Positions 43,471-56,610 of a DNA stretch of 64,000 nt are shown here, piece after piece; positions within the stretch are counted from its first letter, which is position 1; every line of letters begins with the position of its first letter. The DNA lies in the NCBI GenBank assembly GCA_964016885.1, contig OZ024741.1, positions 100,130,001 through 100,194,000 on the forward strand, read 5' to 3'. The notes below the pieces were generated by a model. The model was not told the origin of the DNA. It worked only from the letters and a program-made list of their open reading frames with translations, and made no database searches. The position numbers and the translations under genes were made by a program. Source of the stretch: Eledone cirrhosa (lineage: Eukaryota).

Positions 43471-45436
43471 AATAAACTTTTCAAGGATTTACACCAGTCC
43501 AGCCTCCTGTTATTTTATTTATAATAATTAACTCCGTATTAGCACCACCAACTACACAAACGAAGACGGGTGAACTGCACTACATTGAGTACTCTCCATA
43601 ATATTACATCAAGATTGACCATACGGAATGACCAATTCTATCCAGTGGTGAACCAACAAACCTAAATAAATAATGCTCCAATAATGTTGGGCACTTCCAG
43701 ATGTAATATTGAACAGTGGCACTGACTTCAGTGTACAGCTATTGCCAGCATGGAATTAACTGATCTACTTACCATTCGGATTTTGGCTGCTCTGTGCTTT
43801 ATCTACCGCCCACCCTATCCAACGCTGCTTCCTTGTCGGGAAAATTCTACGTATTATACTTAAGCATGTATTGTATTGACTGAATTCTCTACCGAACTTT
43901 AAACTAGGTACCACCTGATACCATTCCATCTCTTCCATCCTCTATATCTATATGTACAACCTTGTATTATCTTACTGCAACTTGATCTATTCTGTATTTC
44001 CCCTTTGCTTTGATTCCTCCGGTATGTTCTTATATATTTCAGTCTTACTACATCACTACCCTAGCTATGACGGCGTTTTATTTATGTATTTTACTTTTTA
44101 CTTTTTACCTTATTAATGTATTTTTTATTTATTTTTTTATTATTTATTTTTTACCTTTGTATTTTTATCTTTGTATCCTGCTTTTATTTATTTGTGATTT
44201 TCTGCTTATTATTCCTTACTCGGGTCATTGTACACCATTCATAGCTTCCTACCCACCAAGGAACCACACTACTTATAACCCTGACTAACTGGGACTTAAA
44301 AATAATTATACTCTATTGGCCCTTTTTCATTGGGTTTTACCACTTTCGACTGATGTGGTGGATTTCCCGGCTGTGCGCCGGGCGCTCGGAAAGTTCAGCT
44401 TTCCTTGAGTGCTTGGAAAAAATAAATTTCCCCTCTTTCGGTAAACGAAACTACTCGGAGCGGGTTGATTTGCCCCGGGGCCCGCCGCACCGCCTGTTTT
44501 GACCGCCACATTATACTCATACCTATAAACTCTAGGCTTGGGCATAACTATTGCATAACTATTTCATGCCTCCCTCTGCTGACACGTAAATAAACCCCTC
44601 CTGTGTGAAGTAATAGTATTCGTTTGGTATATACGATTGCCTGTAGAAGCTGGTAGACTTCCCGCTAGCACACCCGTGGCCTATCGCAGCTACGTTCCTA
44701 AAGTACTCGGAAAAATTAATTTCCATTTATTTCGCTAGACGATACCACTCGAAACTGGCTGATACGTGGTTAGGAGGTGCTGGCTGGGTTTACAATCGAA
44801 GGCTTTTATCTTTACTCTATATCCCCACCTTGATAACTTATCGAGATTCCCTATAATACACTTAAACTTTTTCATATAAGGCTCTCTGTAATTTCATTAA
44901 ATAAATCTCGCAACACAAACCTTTAATTTTCTATTAATTTTCTAATAATTTAATTTCATCCTATAACTCTTAACATAAGTTAACGTTCCAATTTTCTGTT
45001 CACACATTAGACCATTAAGACACCCATATATATGCCTTTGTTAAAATATGGGTTCTTTGGAATAACACTTTTCGCGGCGTCTTCTAGCATGACTGTAGTG
45101 TGACCCTTACGCTGACTTTTCTTCTTTCTTTCATTCTTCTCTTTTTTTTTATTCTCTGACGGTGAGGTGTTAGTACATCATAAGCCTTCGCCCCTCTCCA
45201 GATTGTCATTAGTAGACCGAGTTGCCATAACTTGAGGGCGACTGACCGAGGTGAAAGCAGCTAGTTGGTCAGTCGTCCTCTCTGTCTCTGTTTTTCGGAC
45301 CCATGGATTTTATATATTCCTTTGTTATATTTCGAATACCTGATGATATCACCGGATTCATACGGAACCCACTCATTGAAATGATCATAGTATAATAAGC
45401 TTTTCAAGGATTTACACCAGTCCAACCACCTGTTGT

Positions 45437-45440
<4 letters not shown>
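43471..45440 (+). mobile_element. PLE-like element (family B): terminal direct repeat of about 45 bp, decayed GIY-YIG C-terminus at about 43680-43765, long structured 3' UTR, terminal hammerhead
   Basis: AATAA.CTTTTCAAGGATTTACACCAGTCCA.C..CCTGTT occurs at both ends. VGHF/DFSVQ/GIN* remnants. 44585-45440 is homologous to 46548-47633. Confidence 0.65.
45336..45393 (+). ncRNA. Type I hammerhead motif; paralogue with core mutation (CTAATGA) at 47528-47585
   Basis: ATAC-CTGATGA-TATCACCGGATTCATACGGAACCCACTCATT-GAAA-TGATCA-TA-GTAT. Confidence 0.75.
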
Positions 45441-45496
<56 letters not shown>

Positions 45497-45935
45497 GTAT
45501 ACATATGTATGTATACATAACTGGACTCCGTCGGTTACGACGATACGACGACGAGTGTTCTTGTTACAATAAATTTTGCTCAGAAATTATTTTCTTTCAT
45601 AATTAATCAGACTGCACACCACTTCTTGCGGGGTCTCTTCTAATATAATCTCAGTCTGATTAAAACATTGAAAATGAAATCGGTTAACCAGAAAATGTGA
45701 AGCCCTCGTGAAAGAGTATTTCTTAATTTAGGTGGTTCATTTAATGTATAACTTCCTTTCAGACGTAAATATTGCTTTTGGGTAAGTTACCGGAGCCTTG
45801 TCTTGCAAAGGTACAGGCAATGCTTTCAGATTTGCATCCATTTATATGTACGCGTATGTATATGCATATATGTGTATATATATGTACACACACGCACACG
45901 CACACACGCACACACGCACATACACACACACACAT

Positions 45936-45970
<35 letters not shown>

Positions 45971-46359
45971 ATTGGTGTTGGATGCTTAAAATGTCTGTAT
46001 GTGGTAGGCCGTTTGAGCACTCGATGCTCTCATAGAGCAGAGAATGATATCACAAGAAAAAAGAGTACCAGTGTTGCGACGAATGGAATTTATTGGACAT
46101 ATTACAATCGTTTCTCTGGCGACCTGCTCGAGGCACGATCGATGTGGTGATCGAACCTGACTCTGAAAATCGCAAGGTCCTCAGATACGTCTTGATTCTA
46201 CGAAAATCTGCTTCGTCGAATAAGGACGTATTTGAGGACCTTACGATTTCAGAGTCAGGTTCGATCATCACATCGGTCGTGCCTCGAGCTGGTCGCCTAA
46301 GAAACGATTGTAATATGTCCAATAAATTCCATTCGTTGCAACAGTGTTTCTCTTATGTT

Positions 46360-46366
<7 letters not shown>
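45971..46366. mobile_element. Fold-back PLE-end insertion: arms 46047-46204 / 46212-46366, left-only tail 45971-46046
   Basis: Mirror ORFs 46050-46322(-) and 46093-46413(+). (AT)n flanks. Confidence 0.85.
46098..46189 (-). ncRNA. Hammerhead motif with long branched stem II; mirror copy (core TTGAGGA) on + at 46227-46317
   Basis: CGTAT-CTGAGGA-CCTTGCGA...TCGCCAGA-GAAA-CGATTG-TA-ATATG, GUA site. Confidence 0.7.
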
Positions 46367-46394
<28 letters not shown>

Positions 46395-46396
<2 letters not shown>

Positions 46397-47630
46397 CGAA
46401 GGAAGTGTGGTAAGGAACCAGATGGACCATAGCGCACCAGAGTACTCAATACTTAGCGTAGTAGAGTGGGTAAAAGGAAAATGTTTAACCCCGGCGGTAG
46501 AGCTCAAGCCGTTTCGACGGCTATTTCTGGACTCAAAAATAGCCGTCGTAAACAAATCCCCCTCCTGTGTAAATTAATAGTACTCGTTTGGTACAAAGAT
46601 GGCATAACGACGATGGCTGACTTCCCACTAGCACACCTGAAGCCTGAAATACATTCCTAGAGTGCTTGGAAAAATTGATTTCCATATCTTTCGCAAGGCG
46701 ATCTCACTCGGAATGGTTGAGACGTGGTTAGGATGGGCTGGCCGGAGTCTGCAGTCGCCGCATGCTGTTTGACTGCTAAACAAGGACATCTTTACTCTAT
46801 AATACAATTAAAGTTTCTTCATAAAATACTCTTTCTTTAATTAAACCTCGCAATCCAAAACCTTAAACATTTTAAACTGTTTAATTTTCAATTTTCTAAA
46901 TTTTTAAATTTTACGTATAGTGTTAATCTTAAATTTGTTTAACACATCCTATAAATCTAAACCAAAATTTAAGGTTCCAATCATCTGCTCACACATTATA
47001 ACAGGCAGCCCCCCACTATAGTTACCTCTGTTATAATATATACCTCCGTTAAGATACGGGTCCTTTAGAATAACTTTTTTCGCGGCATTCCTGGCCTGAC
47101 TGTAGCATGACATTAATACGGACTTTTCTTTCTGTCTTTCTTCTTGTAGCACGACATTAACGCTGACTTTTCTTCTTCTTCCTTGTAGCACGACATTAAC
47201 GCTGACTTTTCTTCTTCTTCCTTGTAGCATGACATTAATGCTGACTTTTCTTCCTTTTCTACTTCTGTCTTTCTGTCTTTTTTCTTGTAGCATGACATTA
47301 ACGCTGACTTGTCTTCCTCTTCCTTTCTGTTTTTCTTCTCTTTGACCGGGAGGTTAGTAGCACACTATAAGCTTTAGCCCCCTCACCAGATGGCCTGAAG
47401 TAGGCCGAATGGGCAGCACTTGAGGGCGACCGGCTAAAGTGGAAGATGCTAGATGGTCGGTCGTCCTCGGGTCTATGATTTTCAGCCCCATTGATTTTAT
47501 ATATTACATTCATTTATTATATTTCGAATACCTAATGATATCACCGGATTCATACGGAACCCGGTCATTGAAATGATCATAGTATAATAAACCTTTCAAG
47601 GATTTACACAAGTCCAGGCTCCTGTCATGT

Positions 47631-47633
<3 letters not shown>
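46395..47633. mobile_element. Composite insertion: family-A PLE 3' end (46395-46548, -) joined back-to-back to family-B 3' UTR (46548-47633, +)
   Basis: Left part matches 12285-12425 and right part matches 44585-45440. The whole unit lies between two (AT)n tracts. Confidence 0.7.
47100..47310. repeat. Minisatellite, about 5 units of about 39 bp or longer (CTTGTAGCAYGACATTAACGCTGACTTTTCTTCTTCTTC)
   Basis: Directly visible. Only one unit-like sequence is present in the paralogue at about 45083-45125. Confidence 0.9.
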
Positions 47634-47677
<44 letters not shown>

Positions 47678-47742
47678 TAAACACATATATATATATATTT
47701 ATATACATATATACTCGATAGATATATGTAATCTTACTTGAC

Positions 47743-48043
47743 TTCAAATCCCGTCGAGGTTAACTTTGCCTTTCATCCTTGTGGGGTCGATAAAATAAAG
47801 TACCAGTAATACACTGGTAATTGCTGGACTTGTGCCAAAAGTAGAAACAATTATATACATATATAGGTGGATTGGCAGTATCGGTAGAGGGTCAGACGCC
47901 ATGTTTGACGCATAGAGTTACGGCCCTTGCCATTCTGAGTTCAAACCCCGCCGAGTTTAACTTTGCCATTCATCCTTACGGGGTCGATAAAATAAAGTAC
48001 ACTGGGATAATTGCTGGCCTTGTGCCAAAAGTAGAAACAATTA
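47743..48043 (+). mobile_element. Two tandem copies (partial 47743-47855; 47866-48043) of the Deu/Nin-like tRNA SINE
   Basis: Same core as 38202-38420. Both end GCCAAAAGTAGAAACAATTAT. Confidence 0.85.
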
Positions 48044-48960
48044 TATACATTTACATACTCATTCTTTCCACCAGGAACTGGTCTATATAGATAAAGCTGA
48101 TTGGTTTCTTTTGTGATGGCAGCTTACAGCCACATATCGGAGCCATATCTAACTTCTAAATTTCAAAGACCTGCCCATCATTCTGCCAAACTTGATCCCG
48201 TGTTTATAGCCATATCAATTTCTCGTTACGTTTAGTTTTAGTGTTGTTGATGTTTTCATTGTTTTGATTGTTTTGCTGCTTGCAGCTTTTTTATCATTTC
48301 AATAAATCTTTCAAGTTTAGACGGAATCTAAAGTTCCATTTTAACTTCATTTTATTGCAGTCGACTTCAATTCTGTTAGTTATTTTTTGGCACTGTTGAT
48401 ATTCTTGTCATCGTTAATTCTCCTGCTTCTGCTATGAACCTACCACCCACACAACAATCGCACGCATATATAATCCATTGATACTCACACAACAACGTAC
48501 ACAGGGCATAACTATCACTAACATCGGAGTTCAGCATATATTTTCTCCTAGCAATTTCAAAATCATTCAATATATTATATTTTTTTAATGTTGAATCTTC
48601 TGCTTTTTTGTTAGATTTTATATTATTATTATGATCTTTTGTTTTTTGTTAAAACGATCGAAGAAGGATGATACGTGGCGCATCAATATCTATATACAAA
48701 TATGTACATACAGACAGATATATATATATTTATATATATATAACTCGATTAAATAATATATAATGTGTACGAACATACGCACACAATCGTATTTATATAT
48801 TTACATATATATATTATTTAATATTGTTAACAAATATATACGGTGTTAATTTATAGTTAAATTGTAGTTTTGTAGCATCTGATATTGTATATGTATGAAG
48901 TATATACATACGTACATACACATACAGACACACATCCACACACAAACACACAAACACAAT

Positions 48961-49070
<110 letters not shown>

Positions 49071-49423
49071 CACATATGTGTGTGTGTCTATAGATATGTG
49101 TATATATGTATATAGAGAGAAAAGTAGAAAGAGCGATAGAGCGATACAAATAAAGGATGAGCGAGGGAGGGTGTGTGTGTGAGAATGTAAGCGATAAATG
49201 AGATGCGACATAACCAGCCAGGAAGCTGGAGTAGTAAAGAAGGTAAATAGTCTGGGCTAGTCATTTTACTAGAATTCGGTAATAAATCAAAACTTTCTCT
49301 TTCAGAATGAAATTCCAGACCACAAATCATACGTCGTTCACACAAAGGCACTCTTACATAGAATAGATGTGTATACAATGAATGCACTTATTTCTATATG
49401 TACACACACTCACACGCACGCAC

Positions 49424-49463
<40 letters not shown>

Positions 49464-49772
49464 ACACACATACACACACACACACAGAGACACACACACT
49501 AACACACACACACACACACTCACATATATATATATAAATATATATATCAGCATGTAGGATCCCGATGTGCATCGGGAGGTGGACTTCCCAGTAACAGAAC
49601 TCAATACATTGGTAGATTATAGCTATAATATTCATTTTATTATAGTAATGAACACAAAAACGCACACTCATAGACACACACACACATGCAGACACACACA
49701 CACTCACACACACACACATATATTAGATAATATACGGGATGTTTATCCCGTATATTATTCAATATACAGTAC

Positions 49773-49833
<61 letters not shown>

Positions 49834-49857
49834 ATATATATATATATATATATATAT

Positions 49858-49954
<97 letters not shown>

Positions 49955-51021
49955 TGTTTGTTGGGCGACCAATACAAATTATATTTATATATACATGCAT
50001 ACATACTTATGTCCATTCATACATTCATGCATGCAAGCTTATATGCTTAAATTACTTTTGTGGGAAGATTTTTGTCTTAATTGTATGCTGTTTAGCAGTG
50101 TATATATATATCCGATTTCAGCAACACCACATGTAATGAACTGCTATAACCCCATAGACTAAATATACATCTCGTTCGTATTTACAAGGTATTCGATCGG
50201 TGCCGAAATCCTGACTCAGTATTGAAATCTTCATTTTATGGTAAATTGCACCACACAAGGGCTTAAAATAATTTTGCTACCAAAATAAATGCACAGAATG
50301 CAGATATCAATGCAAGAAAAAAAAAGAAAATGATTAACACGAGTTTTCTGTTTATTGTTTCTCTTCAGTTTAGTGGGCTTTCTATCATTTACTATACAGG
50401 CATGTGATCGTTGATCTGTAGAACATCCTGGCATTCAACAACCAAATAATACCTCACCTCAATAATTGCAGTGTCTTCTTATTCTAACGATGGATACGTA
50501 TAGTTCGCTACCAGACAGAGATATAGACGTGAAATCAATCATTTGTTGAATTGATTTAGAGTTGCACAGAAGCAATATCAGATGAATCAAATTTAACAAT
50601 GTATTAACGTCTCCGATGACTTAATTCTAAACCTATTTCAACGTATTTAATGTATAAAGTGTCTTTTGACTGTGTGTTTCTACTAAGTATCTATATTTAT
50701 TTGAGCATTCATTAATTTGTAATATAAAAAACATGCTTAGAGAGCTGTGAAATGATTTGAGATTTTATGTAGATGGTAACCAAATATATCTAATATAACC
50801 ATATGGCCAGACATTTGGGGCGGTGTGAACAGTCTTTTTTATCATTCCCAGTCCTTGAATTATAATATATTTTATCGGTCACAGAACGGTAAATGGATCA
50901 GTTAAGCATTGCATGATTTGACCTCAAATATATAACTAGAAATCCTAAGGTATTTTAACACGTTCTAAAGATTCTATCAATTTACCACCTTACTCCATAT
51001 TCAAAATGACACAGTTATAAT

Positions 51022-51125
51022 TGTTTCTACTTTTGGCACAAGGCCAGCAATTACCCAGTACATTACTGGTACTTTATTTTATCGACCCCGTAAGGATGAA
51101 AGGCAAAGTTAACCTCGGCGGGATT
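51022..51125 (-). mobile_element. 5'-truncated SINE copy with 15-bp TSD
   Basis: TGACACAGTTATAAT at 51007-51021 and 51126-51140. Confidence 0.88.
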
Positions 51126-52345
51126 TGACACAGTTATAATGTTCTTGAAAATGTTGGCCTGCTTAGCAGCTGGAACGTTTTATTAAAATACTAAGATTAT
51201 TAGGTTAATAAAACTTGATATTGAAATTTGTTACTCAACATTGCAAATATCAATAATTCTATCATTTAAATCACGTGTTAAGCGTAGCATATTATGGAGT
51301 AATAGAAACGTTTTTCGTTGTATCTGAGCAAATAGAACTGTGCTACGATGCAAACAATGAATGTAGAGGTCACCTAAGTGCTCATAAACAGAGTGTCCCC
51401 AGCAAAACCAATATTCGGTACGAAGTAATACTAAGAACAACAAGCATACATGCATAATTATCAACGCTAATTTGTCCTATCATCCATCTTTAGGGTCAGA
51501 TCAACATTCCCTTTTGTGAAGTAGATTGTCACTCGTATAACAGAATTCCTATTTGCAGTAATACTGGATACCGTAGCAGGATGGTGAAGAATGCAATATA
51601 TTTCACTGAGCAAAATAGAGAGACATGACTCGATTGCGCGCTTCACTCAGAGTGAGATTAATATATTCTTAAAGTAAAAATTGTGATGGATGTCAACTGG
51701 TGTCATATTGGTCTCAATGTATGCCTTTCTCCAGAAACTGCGTGACAATAAGAGTATTTGTGTGTCTGAAGTGTCTTTAAACCTCACAAAGAGATTTTTG
51801 TAATGTTTAATGTAAAGGATGCACACAGATTTCATTTGAAGGTTTAGAATACTAGAATACACTTCAAATATTTCAAATTAATCTATATGTTCAGGAAATG
51901 TAGCAGAAGCTCTACAGCACTACAGCTCTAGTAGAAGGACTTGGATCAATTTCAAGCAGTATCAGGTGAAACAGGTTAACTGTGATGAAAATATCGAATT
52001 AAATAAATTGGAATTTATAATAACAACTGAAATTGTTTCATTTCTCTGAAAAGCTAAAATATAATAAGCGATAAATGTATTAATATTATAATTACGGCGA
52101 AATATATATATAAGAAAAACAAGTACATATTACAAGACGTAATTGTAAACAGTAAATAAAACATGTTTATCTTATTTGTTCAGAGAATATGTCCTTAGTA
52201 AACCATCTTGGAATGCAATTATGAAATAAATGTATACACACATACATATATACACATATCCCTACCAACATACAAATGTACTTTTCTATATAGTAATCTG
52301 AATTAATGTAATGTGTGGCCAGGGTTTTCTGTATATACACACAGG

Positions 52346-52382
<37 letters not shown>

Positions 52383-52949
52383 TGTGTTCCCCAAAATGTA
52401 TAAACACTTGTATTAGAATGCCTTTTTTGTACCTTTTTTTTGGGGGGGGGGGGGCAAAATATATAAGATTTATATAAGATAACATATATAAATGGAATGA
52501 TATGATTCAAAGTACTTAGTTTCGGCATAGTTACAAAATTAGGTGAATTACACCATGTTTTCTTAAAAGACAGAAATCAGAGAGTTGCAACCAATGGGTT
52601 CCTCTTAAAGAAAGAACCAATAACAAGAATTCTTTTGACTACTGCTGTTTGTGGTAGTTCGCTCAAACATGCCCTCCGTAGTACAAACAGTTTTTCTCAC
52701 TAGTTATAATTTTGGGCACTAAACTTAGCCCAGTCAAACAAGAATCCGGCTGATGCTTCCCTCTTACAAGATTGGGACTCCATATACAAATGGGCTGTGG
52801 ACAACAATATGCAGTTCATTGCCAGAAACTTTCAATCCTCCGCTATCAACTCACAAACTCAAGACCAGTACAACAAAGCTACAGAGGACCATGAGGAATC
52901 GAAATCCCCGAATCGAAATCAACATTGAATCAAGCTATTAACAGAAGCA

Positions 52950-53400
52950 ATGATGCTTCATTTCATGCACAAAACCATCAAATAGCAGCAATGTGCAGAC
53001 GATTGGCTTGTTGGAAACTGGGGAATTCAGGACAAGAGACCGGCAAAGCATAATGATCATCTGCAGAATATTTGCCCCTAAATTATTGGACTTTTGCTCT
53101 CAGCTGTGGTCGCCAAACAGTATCGAACTAGCTGCCGAAATCCAATGAAGAAGAGCTACTGGGAAAGGCTGAACAAACTTGAGCTACACACCCTGGAACA
53201 AATACGAGAGTAATATACATATGGAATATCATAGAAGGACTAGTACCGAATTATCGTAATGAGTATAGGACCAACCCTCCAACAAACGCCTCACAGTGGT
53301 GTCAAACGTTCTATCCATCACCACTATATAACAGGAGCAGAAACTGCAATCGTCTTGTTTTCAAATGCCTCCAGCTTTGGATGAGCTGCTAAAGAACCTG
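52950..53400 (+). mobile_element. Decayed CR1/Jockey-group LINE RT C-terminus
   Basis: LLDFCSQLWSP, SYWERLNKLELHTLE, IYIWNIIEGLVPN. Confidence 0.7.
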
Positions 53401-53439
53401 GGGTGGATGGAGATATTTTTCAAGAAACATCGAGACACT

Positions 53440-53553
<114 letters not shown>

Positions 53554-53612
53554 CGTGTGTGTGTGTGTGCGCGTGTGCGTGTGTGTGTGTCTATATATAC
53601 ATATATATAATA

Positions 53613-53750
53613 GGGAAAGCGTCAGGACCCCGACCGCTGAGCTCCGGTCGTTTCGACAGCTAGATTTCTATTACTCACTCTACTACCTTAAGTATCGAGT
53701 ACTCTGGTGCGTTATGGTCTACCTGGTTCCTTACCACACTTCCTTTGTTC
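53613..53750. mobile_element. Minimal inverted junction of PLE family-A 3' end
   Basis: GGGAAAG...GACCCCGAC...CGTTTCGAC (minus arm) is joined to CACTCTACTAC...CTGGTTCCTTACCACACTTCCTTTGTT (plus arm with tail). Confidence 0.7.
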
Positions 53751-54530
53751 ATATATATACATATATATATACCGTACATACATATATATATTATATATGT
53801 GTGCGTGTGTGTGTGTGTATGTCTGCGTGTGCGTGTGTATGTGTACATATGCTGTTTATGTATAACCATACAATAAACATATTAACATTTTTACTTTGAT
53901 TATTACTGGTATACTACATTACGTATACATACGTTTTGCAGTTTTATCTAAACATCAGAAGTATTGTTTAGTAGTATATAATTGCGTGTATGTATTCGGG
54001 TATGGCGTCTTCCTTTATGTAGGTGGAAGGATTGCGCTCCTGTGTAATGTTATTTATGGCATATTGCATCAACAAAATTACATATTCTATTAAATCGAAA
54101 AAAACATTTATTTTTTCAATTATCAATTTAGTTATACTTAGAGAACAACAAAAGCCCACATTCTGTATACTGCTTATCTATGATGCAGATATGAACAGGT
54201 GTGAAAGAACGTAACTATGTGTTTGTGTTGCTATACAATTTTAGGGTTACGTCATAGTACTTAGTGACATATGAACAATGTTTTATATGTAGCATTGGTT
54301 TTTATTTGGCGTCACATGTGATCTAGTAGACGTATTATTTGGGATATTTGAAATGAGACCAACCAGACTTTCATTTTCATGTATGCTTTTTATAGTGGAT
54401 CGAAGAATTAATCCTTCAACCATTTAAACAAAATTTTGTGCAAGTGTTTCACATTCAGTGAGGATATTATTATACATCTGCAAAGCTAGTAATTCTATTC
54501 TTTAGACGGAGTAGGAATACTAAAAATAAT

Positions 54531-54715
54531 TGTTTCTACTTTAGGCACAAGGCCAGCAATTACCAGTGCATTACTGGTACTTTATTTTATCGACCCCGTA
54601 AGGATGAAAGGCAAAGTCAACCTCGGCGGGATTTGAACTCAGATGGTAAAGGGACGTAACTATGCTGGAAAGCATGGCGTCCGACCCTCTACCGATACTG
54701 CCAATCCACCGCCCT
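54531..54715 (-). mobile_element. Full-length tRNA-derived SINE with 19-bp TSD
   Basis: TAGGAATACTAAAAATAAT at 54512-54530 and 54716-54734. A/B boxes on the minus strand. Confidence 0.92.
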
Positions 54716-55284
54716 TAGGAATACTAAAAATAATGTATTAATATTAGAATTAAAAACAAAACGTAAACAAATCTATTTAAATTAACAACAATTCTAGATA
54801 TATTTAAAGAGGGAAAATGAAAGGAAGTGCGGGGGCTTTGGGGTCACAGAAGAATGAGAGAAGGAAGACGGAGGATGATGAGATCTAGGTCTAGGGCGTG
54901 TCGGAGTTGGGGCTTAGCCACGCCGACAAGACTGCAAAAGCATTTCTAATGTGGGTGAATTTCAAACCATATTAGGCAAAGCAGTTTCAATATGATGAGA
55001 ATATTAAGTATGATTGATAGAAATGAAAGTGTTTTTTTACACTGAAAGCTAAAATATAATATGCAATATATCTATTAATATTTATAAGAAGGAATTACAA
55101 CACATAATTGTAAATAGTAAATGAAAATATGTTTTATATTATTAGTTCCGATATTATTGTTCAGTTTCAACAATGCCCTTAGTAAACCTTCTTCAAATGC
55201 AATTATGAAGCACATTGTACACGCATATACACAAACATAATACTATTTTAAAAACGTAAACTAAATAATTTAAAATATAATGTT

Positions 55285-55324
<40 letters not shown>

Positions 55325-56537
55325 CATTCTTCATGTTGTCCTTGTTTTGTGGTGAGTTTTTCGTGTTTCGTGTCTGAGCATATTTTTGCGCACGCATCTG
55401 CATCTCCCTGTGTGTTTCTATGTTTCTATGTGTTTTTGTGTTTTTCATGTCTATGTGGGTTTTTATTTTTTTTTTTTCACTATTTGTATCATTTCGTTTC
55501 CCCTTGTCTGTCTTCAGTCGTTACGTTTATCATGCCTAAATATAACAATATCGCTTTCAACACACGATTTCACACCAAGAATCTTGCAGAACAGATACAT
55601 AAATATTATATTTACATCTAGAATCAAATACGTTCCATATACAATTAACCACTTCTTAACAATTCAAAGTATTTAGGAATATGTTTCAATATGCTCTTCC
55701 TGACTTTCCCCTATCCATCTTTACACGGATAAGGACCTAACAGACGTGTAATAAAATATATATCTGACTATCCTGTTTATCATTCGATATAGTGTACAGA
55801 AGACAATACATTCCAATGTTGTTTTCAAAATAGTACGATGGAACATGAATTTTGCTGCTATTTCTAATTGGTAGAGTGACAGTATAGATATCTAATTTAA
55901 TGACTTTCGTAATTTGTTGGCCAAATGATGCTACAGGGCAACCCGTCTTGTCACCATCATATATGTGGTCTCCTATACATAATGTACATTGATGAGACCG
56001 GAAGTGATGCATTTCGTCCAGCATCCATGAAATAATTTACTGCCACTACTACTAGTGTACACCCACTTCTGTGTATAAACGAGCAACATTAATCATGCAC
56101 TGAGGCTCAGTCGATATCTCAAACACTCACATGTACATAAATATCAGAAAGTGAGACATAATTGGAGGTATACTTAATACTAATACACTAATACACGCAA
56201 TCGATTAACATGTCTATGTGAATATATATATACATATATATATATGGTAAATTTCTTTAAGTCGTTTGGAAGCCTCGACAATACAGATGGGTAAATCTCC
56301 GGGTAACAAGATCCGGTGGTGGAGAGAGAGATGTAAGTGGGTGTACGTTGAGATGCGTGGCGTGTATAAGACTGTAACGTGTAGAGGAATGAAGGAAAGA
56401 GCGTAAAGGATAAAAATAAAAATAACAACACGAGAAAGAGTTACCTTGGGGGAGATTTAATTGTCCCTATATATTTCGGATTCACATCCATCAACTGGGT
56501 TTTTTCCGGGGGGGGGGGGAGGTTGTCTGTCGGAAAG

Positions 56538-56610
56538 GTGCGAAACGTTCCTCCGCTGTTTGTTGTTTTGAATATTCAAAACAACGAACAGCGGAGGACA
56601 CGTTTCGCAC
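56538..56610. repeat. 73-bp near-perfect palindrome centred on GAATATTC
   Basis: GTGCGAAACGTTCCTCCGCTGTTTGTTGTTTTGAAT|ATTCAAAACAACGAACAGCGGAGGACACGTTTCGCAC. Confidence 0.9.

Noticed and set aside
47100-47310. Repeat array superficially like CRISPR
   Set aside because: Inter-repeat segments are short, related pyrimidine runs rather than unique spacers. The context is eukaryotic with no cas genes.
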